From NCBI GenBank assembly GCA_013239625.1, contig MU053482.1, positions 1,711,168 to 1,775,167 on the forward strand: a stretch of DNA of 64,000 nucleotides, given 5' to 3'. The DNA comes from Lama guanicoe (taxonomy: Eukaryota). The translations under genes and the position numbers were made by a program. This document shows, piece by piece, positions 12,588-22,738 of this stretch (its first letter is position 1; each line of letters begins with the position of its first letter). The notes under the pieces were generated by a model. The model did not search any database, was not told the DNA's origin, and worked only from the letters and a program-made list of their open reading frames with translations.

Positions 12588-12755
12588 GCACCGGCGGGCC
12601 AGCAGCACTGGCAGAAGACAAGTCTGAGGCCCGAGGCCCCGTGCAGATCCTGACTGTGGGCCAGTCGGACCACGACCGGGACGCGGGGGAGACGGCAGCT
12701 GGTGGGGGCACACAGCCCAGCGGGCAGGACATCCGTGCTGCGATGCAGAGGAAGG
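12588..12755 (+). CDS. TUB: Tubby protein, coding exon 5
   Basis: ctgcag| ... |gtgagc; 168 nt, phase 1-1; [56 protein letters not shown]. Confidence 0.94.
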
Positions 12756-13790
12756 GTGAGCCTCGTGGGGGTCCAGTGACACCCCCAAAGCTCAGTCCCA
12801 GGTTCTCAGATGTACCCTTCTTGGAGAGCATGGCCCTCCTGTGTCTGTTCCAGGCCCTGGTAGGGGGCACACTTGGAGACCAATGAGAAACTTGGGCAGG
12901 GGCCCCTGATAAGGCTAAGTTAAGGGGAAGACATATGAACGAAGGTAACCAACCAGCCCACAGCCTGGTCTTCTCTCTCCTCACCCCTGTCTCATGCCCC
13001 CAGAGAGGCCCAGGTTCAGGGACAGATTTCCTTTCCCTTTGGTTCCTTTGAAAAAGCTTTTGCCAGATGTTCCCCCTCTGCCCACTGAGCCAGGGGGAGC
13101 AGGGCCAGGAGGCTGAGAGGCAGGGCTGAACCCTCAGGAAGCGTGCTGCCCTGATAGTTTCCCCACCATGAGCTCTGCCCCAGGGACTGTGGCGGCCCCC
13201 GGCATGGGGCGGCAGCTGGCAGCCCAGCAGTGCACACGTTCTGAGAAACCGCACTAGGGACAGCTTCCTGGAGAAAGGGTTATTGGGGCAGCTGGAGACC
13301 GGGGATGGCATGCCAGGAGGGAAGAGGCACGTAGATGGGGGCCTGGGCGGGCTTTGGAGAGGAGTTGGTGGGCCCCGTATGTCAGGCTGAGTAAGGAGTT
13401 GGGCCTTTCCCAAGAAAATTCCACGGCCTATGCCAGCCAAGGCCTCTAGTGGAGGCCAGAAATGGAGGCTCCCACGCAGGGTCAGCCCAACTCAGGCCTT
13501 GCTACACGGGAGACGGGATAACCTGACTGCTGGAGAGGAAAGGTCTGACTGAGCTGAAGCTGGGAGGTGGGGCTGCATCCAAGGGTAGTGACCAGCCCCA
13601 GATCGCATTTGAGAGAAGGGAAGAGTGTGTCCTGTGTGTACCTGGATGTATGTGTGGGAGTGTGTGAGTGCACGTGTGTACGTGCGGCTCTGTGTGTGTG
13701 TGTGTATGTGTAGAAGTGACAGCCTGTGGACGGGTGACTAGGTGTGCCTGTCTGACAGCTCATCCCTTCCTGCTCCTCTGCACGGCCCAG

Positions 13791-13909
13791 GCGTCTCCGG
13801 CAGCATGAGCTTTGAAGAGGAGGAGGAGGAGGAAGAGAACAGCTCCAGCTCCTCCCAACTAAACAGCAACACCCGCCCCAGCTCTGCCACCAGCAGGAAG
13901 TCCGTCAGG
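13791..13909 (+). CDS. TUB: Tubby protein, coding exon 6 (acidic/Ser-rich)
   Basis: gcccag| ... |gtgagt; 119 nt; [40 protein letters not shown]. Confidence 0.95.
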
Positions 13910-14340
13910 GTGAGTGCAGAGGCTCCTGCCCAGCAGCATCCCCCCGGTGGGAGGGGAGCAAGTGTGGAGAAGTGATGGAGAGATGGCTTCTCTGAGGGCA
14001 GGGGCTGGGCCAGGTACTTATCAAGATCTCCTCCTGACTGGGCTCTTATGTCCTCCCACCCAGCCTCCGTTCTCTTCAGCCAGGCCAGAAGGGTGGGGGA
14101 GTTGGAATTGGACAGGATGACCTCTAGAACCTGCCCGGTTCATCCACCTCCACCCCCAGGGGCTGCTAAGGTGAGGGAAGGGCCAGCTGTTGACCCCAGG
14201 GCCAGGATGGCCAGGCCCACATCCCAGAGCACCTGCCCTGTCTCCCACCATCCCCCGAGTAGGGGCAGCTTTGGATCCTGGACCGTCCATTTCAGCTGCT
14301 CAGGGTCCCTGGGGCTCAGCTCCTACTCTCTCCTCTGTAG

Positions 14341-14538
14341 GAGGCAGCCTCAGCCCCCAGCCCGACAGCCCCGGAGCCATCAGTGGATGTTGAGGTCCAG
14401 GATCTTGAGGAGTTCGCACTGAGGCCGGCACCCCAGGGCATCACCATCAAGTGCCGCATCACACGGGACAAGAAGGGCATGGACCGAGGCATGTACCCCA
14501 CTTACTTTCTGCACCTGGACCGCGAGGATGGGAAGAAG
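14341..14538 (+). CDS. TUB: Tubby protein, coding exon 7 (start of tubby domain)
   Basis: ctgtag| ... |gtgaga; 198 nt; [66 protein letters not shown]. Confidence 0.97.
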
Positions 14539-14781
14539 GTGAGATTGGCTTGGGCACACAGCTTCCCCACATGGGCTTGAGGTCCTGGGGGCTGGACTGG
14601 AAGCCTCAGCTCCGACACTGTCCTTTCTGTCCCCCCCAGGGGACGAAAGCCCTCGTGCCTAGTCGGTGCATGTGTGTGTGTTTGGGAGCTGGAGCGAGGG
14701 AGTCACTTGTGCGAGTGGCACCTGTGATTGTGTGTGGACCGGAGGCTGGGCCTGGAACGTGACCTCACTCCACTCCCCAAG

Positions 14782-14894
14782 GTGTTCCTCCTGGCGGGAA
14801 GGAAGAGGAAGAAGAGTAAAACTTCCAATTACCTCATCTCTGTGGACCCAACAGACCTGTCTCGAGGAGGGGACAGCTACATCGGGAAACTGCG
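14782..14894 (+). CDS. TUB: Tubby protein, coding exon 8
   Basis: cccaag| ... |gtacca; 113 nt; [38 protein letters not shown], with the KLR phosphoinositide-binding motif at the junction. Confidence 0.97.
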
Positions 14895-15687
14895 GTACCA
14901 GCACTCCTGAAGGAAGCCGGCGAGGGTGGGGGAGGCAGGGGCAGGCTCTCTGTAGGGCGCACCTCCTGTCCCTGAAGGAGGTCAGGTCCTCTCCCAGGGT
15001 CTTCTCTGTCAGATCAACCATAGGCCTAGATCTGTGCCAGCCTAGAGCCAGACTTGGAGATGAGCCCACACATCCTACCCGAAGCTGCTCCCAGGCAGGG
15101 GCAGGGGGGTGCAGGCCTACTAAGGGCGATAGGTCAAACCCCAGGATGTCACTGATGATGTAGGCCACCATGGTTGGTGCCAGGGGGGCAGGGCTGAGAG
15201 TGAGCCCTTGGGTTGGGGAAGGCCCTGAGCTCGGCCTTAGGTGAGGGAGGGTTTGCTGAGGAAGAGCACTGGATCTGGGAGCATAAATCAAGCTTAGAGG
15301 CAAGGAGTTAAAGCTGGAGATGGAGCTGGACCCAAACTCACAGGTTGGGCAGGACAGAACAGGTCATCTCCTCCGCCCTCCTTGGGTGCTGAGTCCCCTC
15401 GCAGGCTTGCCAGATGCCCCTCTGCCTGCTCACGTCCCCTGAGGGAAGCCACTCCTGTTCCTCCAGGGAGGCTTTCTGTGGAACCCAGACTTCCCTGAAC
15501 TGAACTGAGATGCTCTCTGACTCAACTCAGAGCAAGTCCAGGAAGCACCTTCACAGATGGGGATTATATGCGCACTGTGCCCCCAGGTCTGCTCCTGGCC
15601 CAGCCCAGAATGCTTTGCAGGCTCCTCATAGGATAGACCCCAGGGCAGAGGGTGCACGACTCTATACTGATTGTGCCTGTCCTCCAG

Positions 15688-15805
15688 GTCCAACCTCATG
15701 GGCACTAAGTTCACCGTTTATGACAATGGAGTCAACCCGCAGAAGGCATCCTCCTCAACTCTGGAAAGTGGAACCTTGCGCCAGGAGCTGGCTGCCGTAT
15801 GCTAC
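15688..15805 (+). CDS. TUB: Tubby protein, coding exon 9
   Basis: ctccag| ... |gtgagt; 118 nt; [39 protein letters not shown]. Confidence 0.97.
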
Positions 15806-16079
15806 GTGAGTCGTGGGTGCCTGGGTCTCTGGTCTCCAGGCTAGGCATGACACTCAGGACTTGCTACTTGATCTGTGGCCTATCCCACCTATCTTTGTAG
15901 ACAGACAAGGCTGCACAGCGGGCTGTCCTCTGTGGAGTGGCCCCTACCTGTGGACTTTCGGGAACTAGGCCTGGCTTTCTGCAGCCCAGCCTGGAGGCCT
16001 CCTGGAGAGGAGGCAGAGGCCTGGGTTCTTGTTGGAGCCACCCTCCAACCCTCCCCCTGGTATTCAGGTCCTGAATGGA

Positions 16080-16215
16080 CTATCAGGCACTTAGTATAAT
16101 CATCTCACTGAATATTCAACCTAAGAGCTCTATCCTATTTTATTATATAGATGAGGAAACTGAAGATCAGAGGTTGGGTCATTTGCCATTTATGGCTCAT
16201 AAATGACCAAACGAA
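16080..16215 (-). mobile_element. MIR SINE fragment
   Basis: attatatagatgaggaaactgaagatcagagg...tcatttgcc is the reverse MIR core. Confidence 0.65.
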
Positions 16216-16364
16216 TATAAACAGGGGATTACTCCATCTCATTCTGAAATGAGGGACTGGTATCGTCAGTCTGGTCATGGGCATTTTTTGGAGGCTAATT
16301 GGGAATCCATAGCTGTTTTGTATGATCCCGTGGTGCCACCTGTCGGTCAACTTTGGGGAGGCAG

Positions 16365-17225
16365 CCTGAATCTCTTCAGTTACTCAGCCCCCGCTACGTT
16401 CCAGGTGCTGTTTGAGGGAGGCACTGAGAATACAGTAGTGAACAAGAGATACAAACATATATACCTTTATGGGGCTTAAACCCTTGGTGGGGGAGGTAAG
16501 CTATAAAACCGTCATATAAGCAAAATAATTCCCGATAAATGTTAAGATGGAAAAAATAAAGCAGGGAAGAGATAGGAGTGCCCTTCTAGGAATGATGGCA
16601 GGGAGGGCCTCCCCGAGGTAGCGCTTAGGTAAAGGCCAGAGGAAGTGAGAGCCCACCATGTAGGTGTCGGGGAGAACACAGCGAGGGCAAAAGCCCTGGA
16701 TGCCTGGTGATTAGAGAGAAGAGCAAGGAGGGCAGAGCGGATGCAGAGAGGAAGTGGGGAAGAGAGGCGCTAATGGGGCCATATTATGTGAGGCATTGCA
16801 GGTCGAGGTAAGACCTTCAGCTTTGACTTTGAATGAACTGGGGAGGAAAACAGTCTGACTTAACAGGACCACTCACTGCTGTGTGAGGAACACATGACGG
16901 TGAGGAGGGCAGGGGGCCGAGGATGGAAAGAAACAAGGAGTCCAGTTAAAGGCTAGTGCTGTGATGTTGGCCAGAGGTGGCGGTGGTGGAAAGTGGTTGA
17001 ATTCTGACTATAATCTGAAGGAAGAGCTGACAGCATTTGCTGATGCGTTAGAAGTGGGGTGGGAGAGGAAGAGGGGCATCAAGGATGAGTCCCAGTAGTT
17101 TGAGCAAACAGAAGAATTGAGTTGCCGTTAACTGAGGTGAGGAGGCCAGTTTGGGCAGAGTGGGGACTCAGGCGCCCAGCTGTGGATGTGGTAAGTTTAG
17201 CGATGTCTGGTGGACATTCCAGTGG
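16365..17225 (-). mobile_element. L2 LINE fragment in TUB intron 9
   Basis: gcactgagaatacagtagtgaacaaga...gaagagctgacagcatttgctgatg...catcaaggatga match L2 3' region motifs. Confidence 0.7.
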
Positions 17226-17315
17226 TTAAAACTAGCTCATTTTTATTCCCTCCCCTGGGTCTCTCCAGTAGGTAAGTGGAGTCCTCAGACGGCCAGTGTT
17301 TTCTCTCTTTCCTAG

Positions 17316-17414
17316 GAAACAAATGTCTTAGGTTTCAAGGGGCCACGGAAGATGAGTGTGATTGTCCCCGGCATGACCATGGTTCACGAGAGAGTCTCTA
17401 TCCGGCCCCGCAAT
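17316..17414 (+). CDS. TUB: Tubby protein, coding exon 10
   Basis: tcctag| ... |gtgagt; 99 nt; [33 protein letters not shown]. Confidence 0.97.
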
Positions 17415-17634
17415 GTGAGTCTCTCCCCAATCCCGCCCGCCTTCCCCACCATCCCAGCCTCTGCATGAGCTTCTAAGGGCAGAACTCCAGCTAGTGTGTA
17501 TATGCGGAGGAGACGCAGTGTGGGAAGCCCTGGAGGTCCAGGACACTCTAAGGGCCCCCACCCCTGGGGCAGAGCCCTCTCTGGGGTGGTCAGGGTGCTG
17601 GCTCAGCCTGGCTCAGCTGAGGCTGCCCTCCCAG

Positions 17635-17806
17635 GAGCACGAGACGCTGCTAGCGCGCTGGCAGAACAAGAACACAGAGAGTATCATTGAGCTGCAAAAC
17701 AAGACGCCTGTCTGGAATGACGACACACAGTCCTACGTACTCAACTTCCACGGGCGCGTCACACAGGCCTCTGTGAAGAACTTCCAGATCATCCACGGCA
17801 ATGACC
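17635..17806 (+). CDS. TUB: Tubby protein, coding exon 11
   Basis: tcccag| ... |gtgagt; 172 nt; [57 protein letters not shown]. Confidence 0.98.
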
Positions 17807-18275
17807 GTGAGTGCTTCTGCCCTGACTCGTTATGTTCACGCGCCACTTGGGGCCCTTAGTGCGGGTTCAGCTCACCTTGCCCTGCCCACGTAGGTCCGTG
17901 GTTAAGGACGCGGATTATACGACTTAGGTTAGATGTAAAGAACTTTCTAACCACAAAGGCCCTGGAGGAACCTTCTCTGGAGCTCTGACCCTAAATCCTG
18001 TGCACTCGGCAGAGTCTCAGGTGTGGGGACCCCTTGTGAATGGACTTTCTCTCTCCTTCCCTGTCTCCTGCTGTCTGCGTACGTCTTTCCCCTTTGCCAT
18101 CTGTTCTGTCTCTCCTGCTGCTTCTCAATTGGTCTGTTTTACCTCCTTTGGGATTCCCCTGGCATCTCTGCTTCTCGCTTTCTCTTCCCTTGTGTGATCT
18201 GGGTGTCTGTCCCTCCCCATCTGCACCATCCCTGCTCTGCCCGCCCGTCTCTGTCCACGCTGTGCCTGGTTCCAG

Positions 18276-18409
18276 CGGACTACATCGTGATGCAGTTTGG
18301 CCGCGTAGCAGAGGACGTGTTCACCATGGATTACAACTACCCGTTGTGTGCGCTGCAGGCCTTTGCCATTGCCCTGTCCAGCTTCGACAGTAAGCTGGCC
18401 TGCGAGTAG
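18276..18409 (+). CDS. TUB: Tubby protein, last coding exon (to TAG)
   Basis: ttccag|; [44 protein letters not shown], the canonical tubby-family C-terminus. Confidence 0.98.
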
Positions 18410-21400
18410 AGGCCGCCTCCTGCCCTTGGGGTTGCCCAGCCTGGAGTGGAGCTGCCTGCCTGCGGAGACCGCCCTGCCGACCCCTGTAGCTAGGCCTCCT
18501 GGCAGATGAACCTTTGGCTCTCAGTGGGCCCCTGGGCCCAGCCATCCAGAACTGGCTCTGCCTCCGCTGCTGAGGAGGGGTGGGTATGAAGGGACCAGCG
18601 TGAATTCTTTCTGTGCCCCAAGGTCAGTGCACCCCCTAACACTTGGGCTAGTATCCCGCTGCAGTCACATTTGCCAAGCTGGGCAGCCCCTTCAGCCGGG
18701 GAGGCGGGAGGAGGGAACACAAAGTAGGGCCGCTGCCCAGACGTCAGTTGATGACGGGTCCCCAGCAGTGAGGGCACAGTGAGCGTGTGTGTTAGTGTGC
18801 AGGGCATGCCAGCTTTACACGGCCAAGGGCTCAGTAGCGGAACCTGGCTCTGACAACTGCAGAAAGTCCTGCAACTTGCAAAGGCCTCAGCCGGGCCTGG
18901 GAGGAGCTACAAGGGTGAGAAAAGGTGAGTGATGGGACCTTGTCAGGACCGCAGGGGCCCAGTTGTGGCTGTGGGAATGGGCTGGGGGGGCCAGGGTTCA
19001 AGTTGATTTGACTTTGATAGGATTTCTCTGTATGCGCAGAGGTGGCAGGCCAGGTGTCTTAGAGGAGGGGCCTGTGGGGCCCAGGCTCAGCACGCAGGTA
19101 GGGCAGGGAACAGGGGTACCTGGAGCCCCGCCAGCTGCTCCAGGAATGCTGTACTGAGCAGCCCCTGCACAGACCTCGGGGCGCCAGCCCAGACTGCACA
19201 GGCACGAGTGCCTGGGGCTCCTGCCCATGCTTCAGTCCCCGCAGCAGTCAGCCTGGGCCGTGGTTGCTGAGGGCTTGTGTGTGGGTCTCCTTAGCTGGGA
19301 ATGGGATTGGGGAGGGGAGCAGGGGTATCTTAGAACCACAAGACATCAGAGGTGGCAGGATCCTTAGCATCTAGAAGGTGGCGCTTGCCCTGGGTCCCCT
19401 GGCTGGGTAGTGGCAGAATTCAGAACTTTAGCTCCCTTGATTTCGTTGTTCCCACCCTCCCCCAAGAAACTGCTCTCTCGCCTTCCTGGGTCTGGTCTGC
19501 ATGCCCTTGTGTGTATTTCCAGAGACTTAGAAATGTCAAGAGTTGATGAGGTTGAAACCATTTCAGTAGGAAATCGGGCAGTTCCCTGCTGAAAGCTATC
19601 TGGTTTTGCAGTCCCCAATCAGGCCAGGCCTGGGTCTGGCTTCCCCCCGCGGGCAGGGCTTAGCAAGGCTGCTGCCCGTCTTCCTCTCGGGGTGACACGT
19701 GGGCTGTGCGCGGTCGGGCCTGATCTCTCCTCAGGTGGCACCATCTACTCTGAAGGCTTGGGGATTCCTGTGTTTTTGTCATTTACCCCGACCGGGGCTA
19801 CTTGCCCAGATGGAGAGCAGAAACTAGTGGGAAGCAGGCAGTAGTTCCTCACTTCAGAGCAGACAGCCGTGCTTGGAAAAACTACATAGGAATTGTTTTT
19901 TTTAAGTCATACTTTAAACATGTTAGCGGGGCTCTGAGTGAGGTGAAGGAGTTGTTTTGACTTCAGTGGAATAGTGCGCCCTCACCTCCTGGTATCCTGG
20001 GTCTCCTGTGTGGCGCGCTTGGAGCAGGGCGTACCGGTTCTAGCAGGGGTCTGCCTGTGCCGGGGGCATTCGTCTCTGTGAGCGATCCAGGTTTTGTTCA
20101 CATGGCCTAGTTTCTAGACACTCTCGACTTGGGGCCATCTTGAGGGCATCAGCACTTGTACTGGAGCTGGTCCACTTCCCAGTGAAACACTGTAGGGCCG
20201 TCCTTCCTCCTTTTCCGTAGTCCCAGTTTGGCTCTTCCTTTCCTGACTTTGGGAGGGGAGACCTGCTGACATTTGGAATGATGGAAACTAGGTGATCTCT
20301 GAAGTCTAGTCAGGCTGTTTCTCTGTCTGCAGTTTTAAGGTAGAACAAGCTAATTTGGATCCTCATGAGAGGTGGGGTCCTGGTGGCAGAGTTGGAAATT
20401 CATCAGAAGCACAATGGGAAACTTGTCCCCTGCTTTCTCCTCTCGTATTCAGGACGGAGGTTGAAAGGGTATTTTGGTGGGGTTGGGAAGGTGGGCTGAG
20501 ATCTCCAGCCCGGGCCTGGAGAAGGGGAGCTCAGCAACAGAACCCTCTGTTGGGCAGAGTGACAAGTAAGAGCAGTTGAGTCACCCAGCCTCACAAGGTC
20601 TATTCTTAAGACCCCATGCCTGGTGATGCTGGCTTTCCTTGACCAGTGGCTTCACAGCCATGGGCCCAAAGGCTCATAAAGCTGCCAGGGCCCCTGGGGC
20701 TCAGCCTCTCCCGTAGTGAGTTCTGGTCCTTCATACCCTCTACCCAGACGGTCCTCAGTTGGGCAGGGAACTTGGTGATGGAAAGAACAGTCCCAAAGGG
20801 TGGTGGGTAGCTAGGACCTTAGGCAGCTTCTCTGTAACTGCTTCCAGTGCCACACCTCAAAACTCTGCCCCAAAACAGTTCCACAGAGCAGTGAAGTTCA
20901 CTTCCCCAACTCTTCTCCAATTTCAGCTTTTTTCCCCCCTTCTGGCTCCAAGGTGCTCTGTGTCTGTCTGTGTCTCTGTATTTGGGGCAAAGGGCAATCT
21001 GCAAACAATCAACCGAGGTTTCCTATTAGATCATAAGATCATTTCTATGGGTGAGTAGGAAAGGAGTAAGGATACAGGCATGATCACATGTGGATTTTGT
21101 TCATTCATTTCATGCTCTTTGATCTGAAAGTGTACCTGGTCTCCCAAGTCTTTCTGCCACGTTTCTGACTAGGGAGACACCATCCAAAAATGTTTTTCAG
21201 TTCCCAGTCCGCAGAAGCTGAGGAAACTGGTGTGTTGCATGCATGCTTTTGGATGAACTTGAACATCTTGTAGTTGAATGTGCCTTAAAAATCATGACAC
21301 TAATTCCGAAGGAGCACGTAGGGTCCAGACCTGTGCTGAGGACAGGTTTTAGGAGCCCGGGAGCGTGAGCGCCACAGGCTAGAAGAGAACCTTTGGAGCC

Positions 21401-22525
21401 CACCTCCTTTAGTGACAGGGCAACAAAGCTGTAGAAGCAGACGTTTTTCTTTGCTCTGGAAATAGCAAGGCACTTACCTCTAAATGGATTTACCGTCTAT
21501 TTAGAGGCAGTTGTGAATTTAACAAGCCACAGTGATGATTTTAAACTAAGCTGCCCATGCTTTCCTTACAGTGGGGCCTGCAGTGAGGGGAGATGCTGGG
21601 CTGGCCATGCCTGTGGCTCTGTTTTGCAAGCACAAATTCCATCTCCTAGATGGAGTCCCTGCTTTCCCCTTACTGCAGTTAACACTGGCCTCCCCTCTCT
21701 GTAAGCCTTCACCCCAGCTGAGATACCCCTGTCAGCTCAGGATGCCAAGAGCACACTTTTTTTCATATACTGAATGAGTCTTTCTTGTGGTGTCCAGGAC
21801 AGAGCAGGGCCTGACTCCCCTGCACTCAGCCCAGCGCTGGGCCCCGGCTTGTAGAACTGTAGCTGCCCCCAGGAACAGGCCAAAGGACAGGCTCTTGTTT
21901 GAGTGTACTGGTCACCTGTCCTTCCACACCTCCAGCTGGCAGTTTTCTGTCATCTCAGGGTATGTGGGGAGAGGTTCAGCAGGAGTACTGGGACAGGTTT
22001 GCTTTTTGATTTTTTCACCCAAGTTGAGAGGCAAGTTGGTCTTACAGAAAGCACTACTTAGTAACCAAGTGATTTGAGCAAACCAAGTAATTTTTCTAGG
22101 TCTGTTTTCTCGTCTGCACAGTTGGGAGGTAGGACTGTTACAGCTTGCAGTGGGACTCAGGGTGAGTGGAAGTTGGTCCTTGCTTTCATCACTTTCTAGC
22201 TCATCACTGTGCCTTTTTTCTTTCCTAAGAAAGATGTCACACCCCTTTCCTCTTATATTCTTCTGTCCCTCCCCAACCTTCACCATCAAGGTCCAGGCAG
22301 AGCTGGAGATTAGGCCGAGATCTGAGTTTCCTAGAGAGGGACAGAGTGGCTTAGAACGGGAAGCCCAACTCTGGCCTCTAATCCTCCATTTGGTGACAAA
22401 GGGGACTTAGGATGGGTGAACCTTCTCTTGCTGGGAGCATACATTTAGCCAGTTTTCATAATGCCTAGGATGTGTATGTCTATTTGCACAAGATTGTCTT
22501 TTCCTATTTTGGAGTGGTCAGACAT

Positions 22526-22640
22526 TTTATTTTTGTTCAAAATTACCTGGAGTTTTAGACAAACTTGCAAAACTGTGCTTTTATTAAGTGACTTTTTGAA
22601 TAAACTCTTTGGTATTCTGGAGCAGATATATGTATTTATT
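22526..22640 (-). terminator. Candidate distal RIC3 polyadenylation signals (three AATAAA on the - strand)
   Basis: tttatt on + at 22526-22531, 22580-22585 and 22635-22640. Confidence 0.55.
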
Positions 22641-22738
22641 GGTATGTGCAATGACAGAGTTGGTATTTTCCCATGTTGACATCATGTATGTTGTAGAACT
22701 TAGTGTTTGTCTCAGTACAGACCCTATACCAAATTAAA
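22599..22738 (+). terminator. Candidate TUB polyadenylation signals (AATAAA 22599-22604; ATTAAA 22733-22738)
   Basis: Hexamers seen directly in an AT-rich block, with TGTA elements upstream and T-rich sequence downstream. Confidence 0.65.

Noticed and set aside
19371..19385. CTCF-like motif CTAGAAGGTGGCGCT
   Set aside because: Two mismatches in the 5' core; such matches are frequent in GC-rich DNA and need PWM/ChIP support
1..22000. Many 60-290 aa ORFs on both strands (e.g. 12565..13440, 11283..11918, 7083..7712, 14659..15303)
   Set aside because: Expected from stop-codon scarcity in GC-rich introns; many use non-ATG starts, show no recognisable domains, or merely overlap real TUB exons
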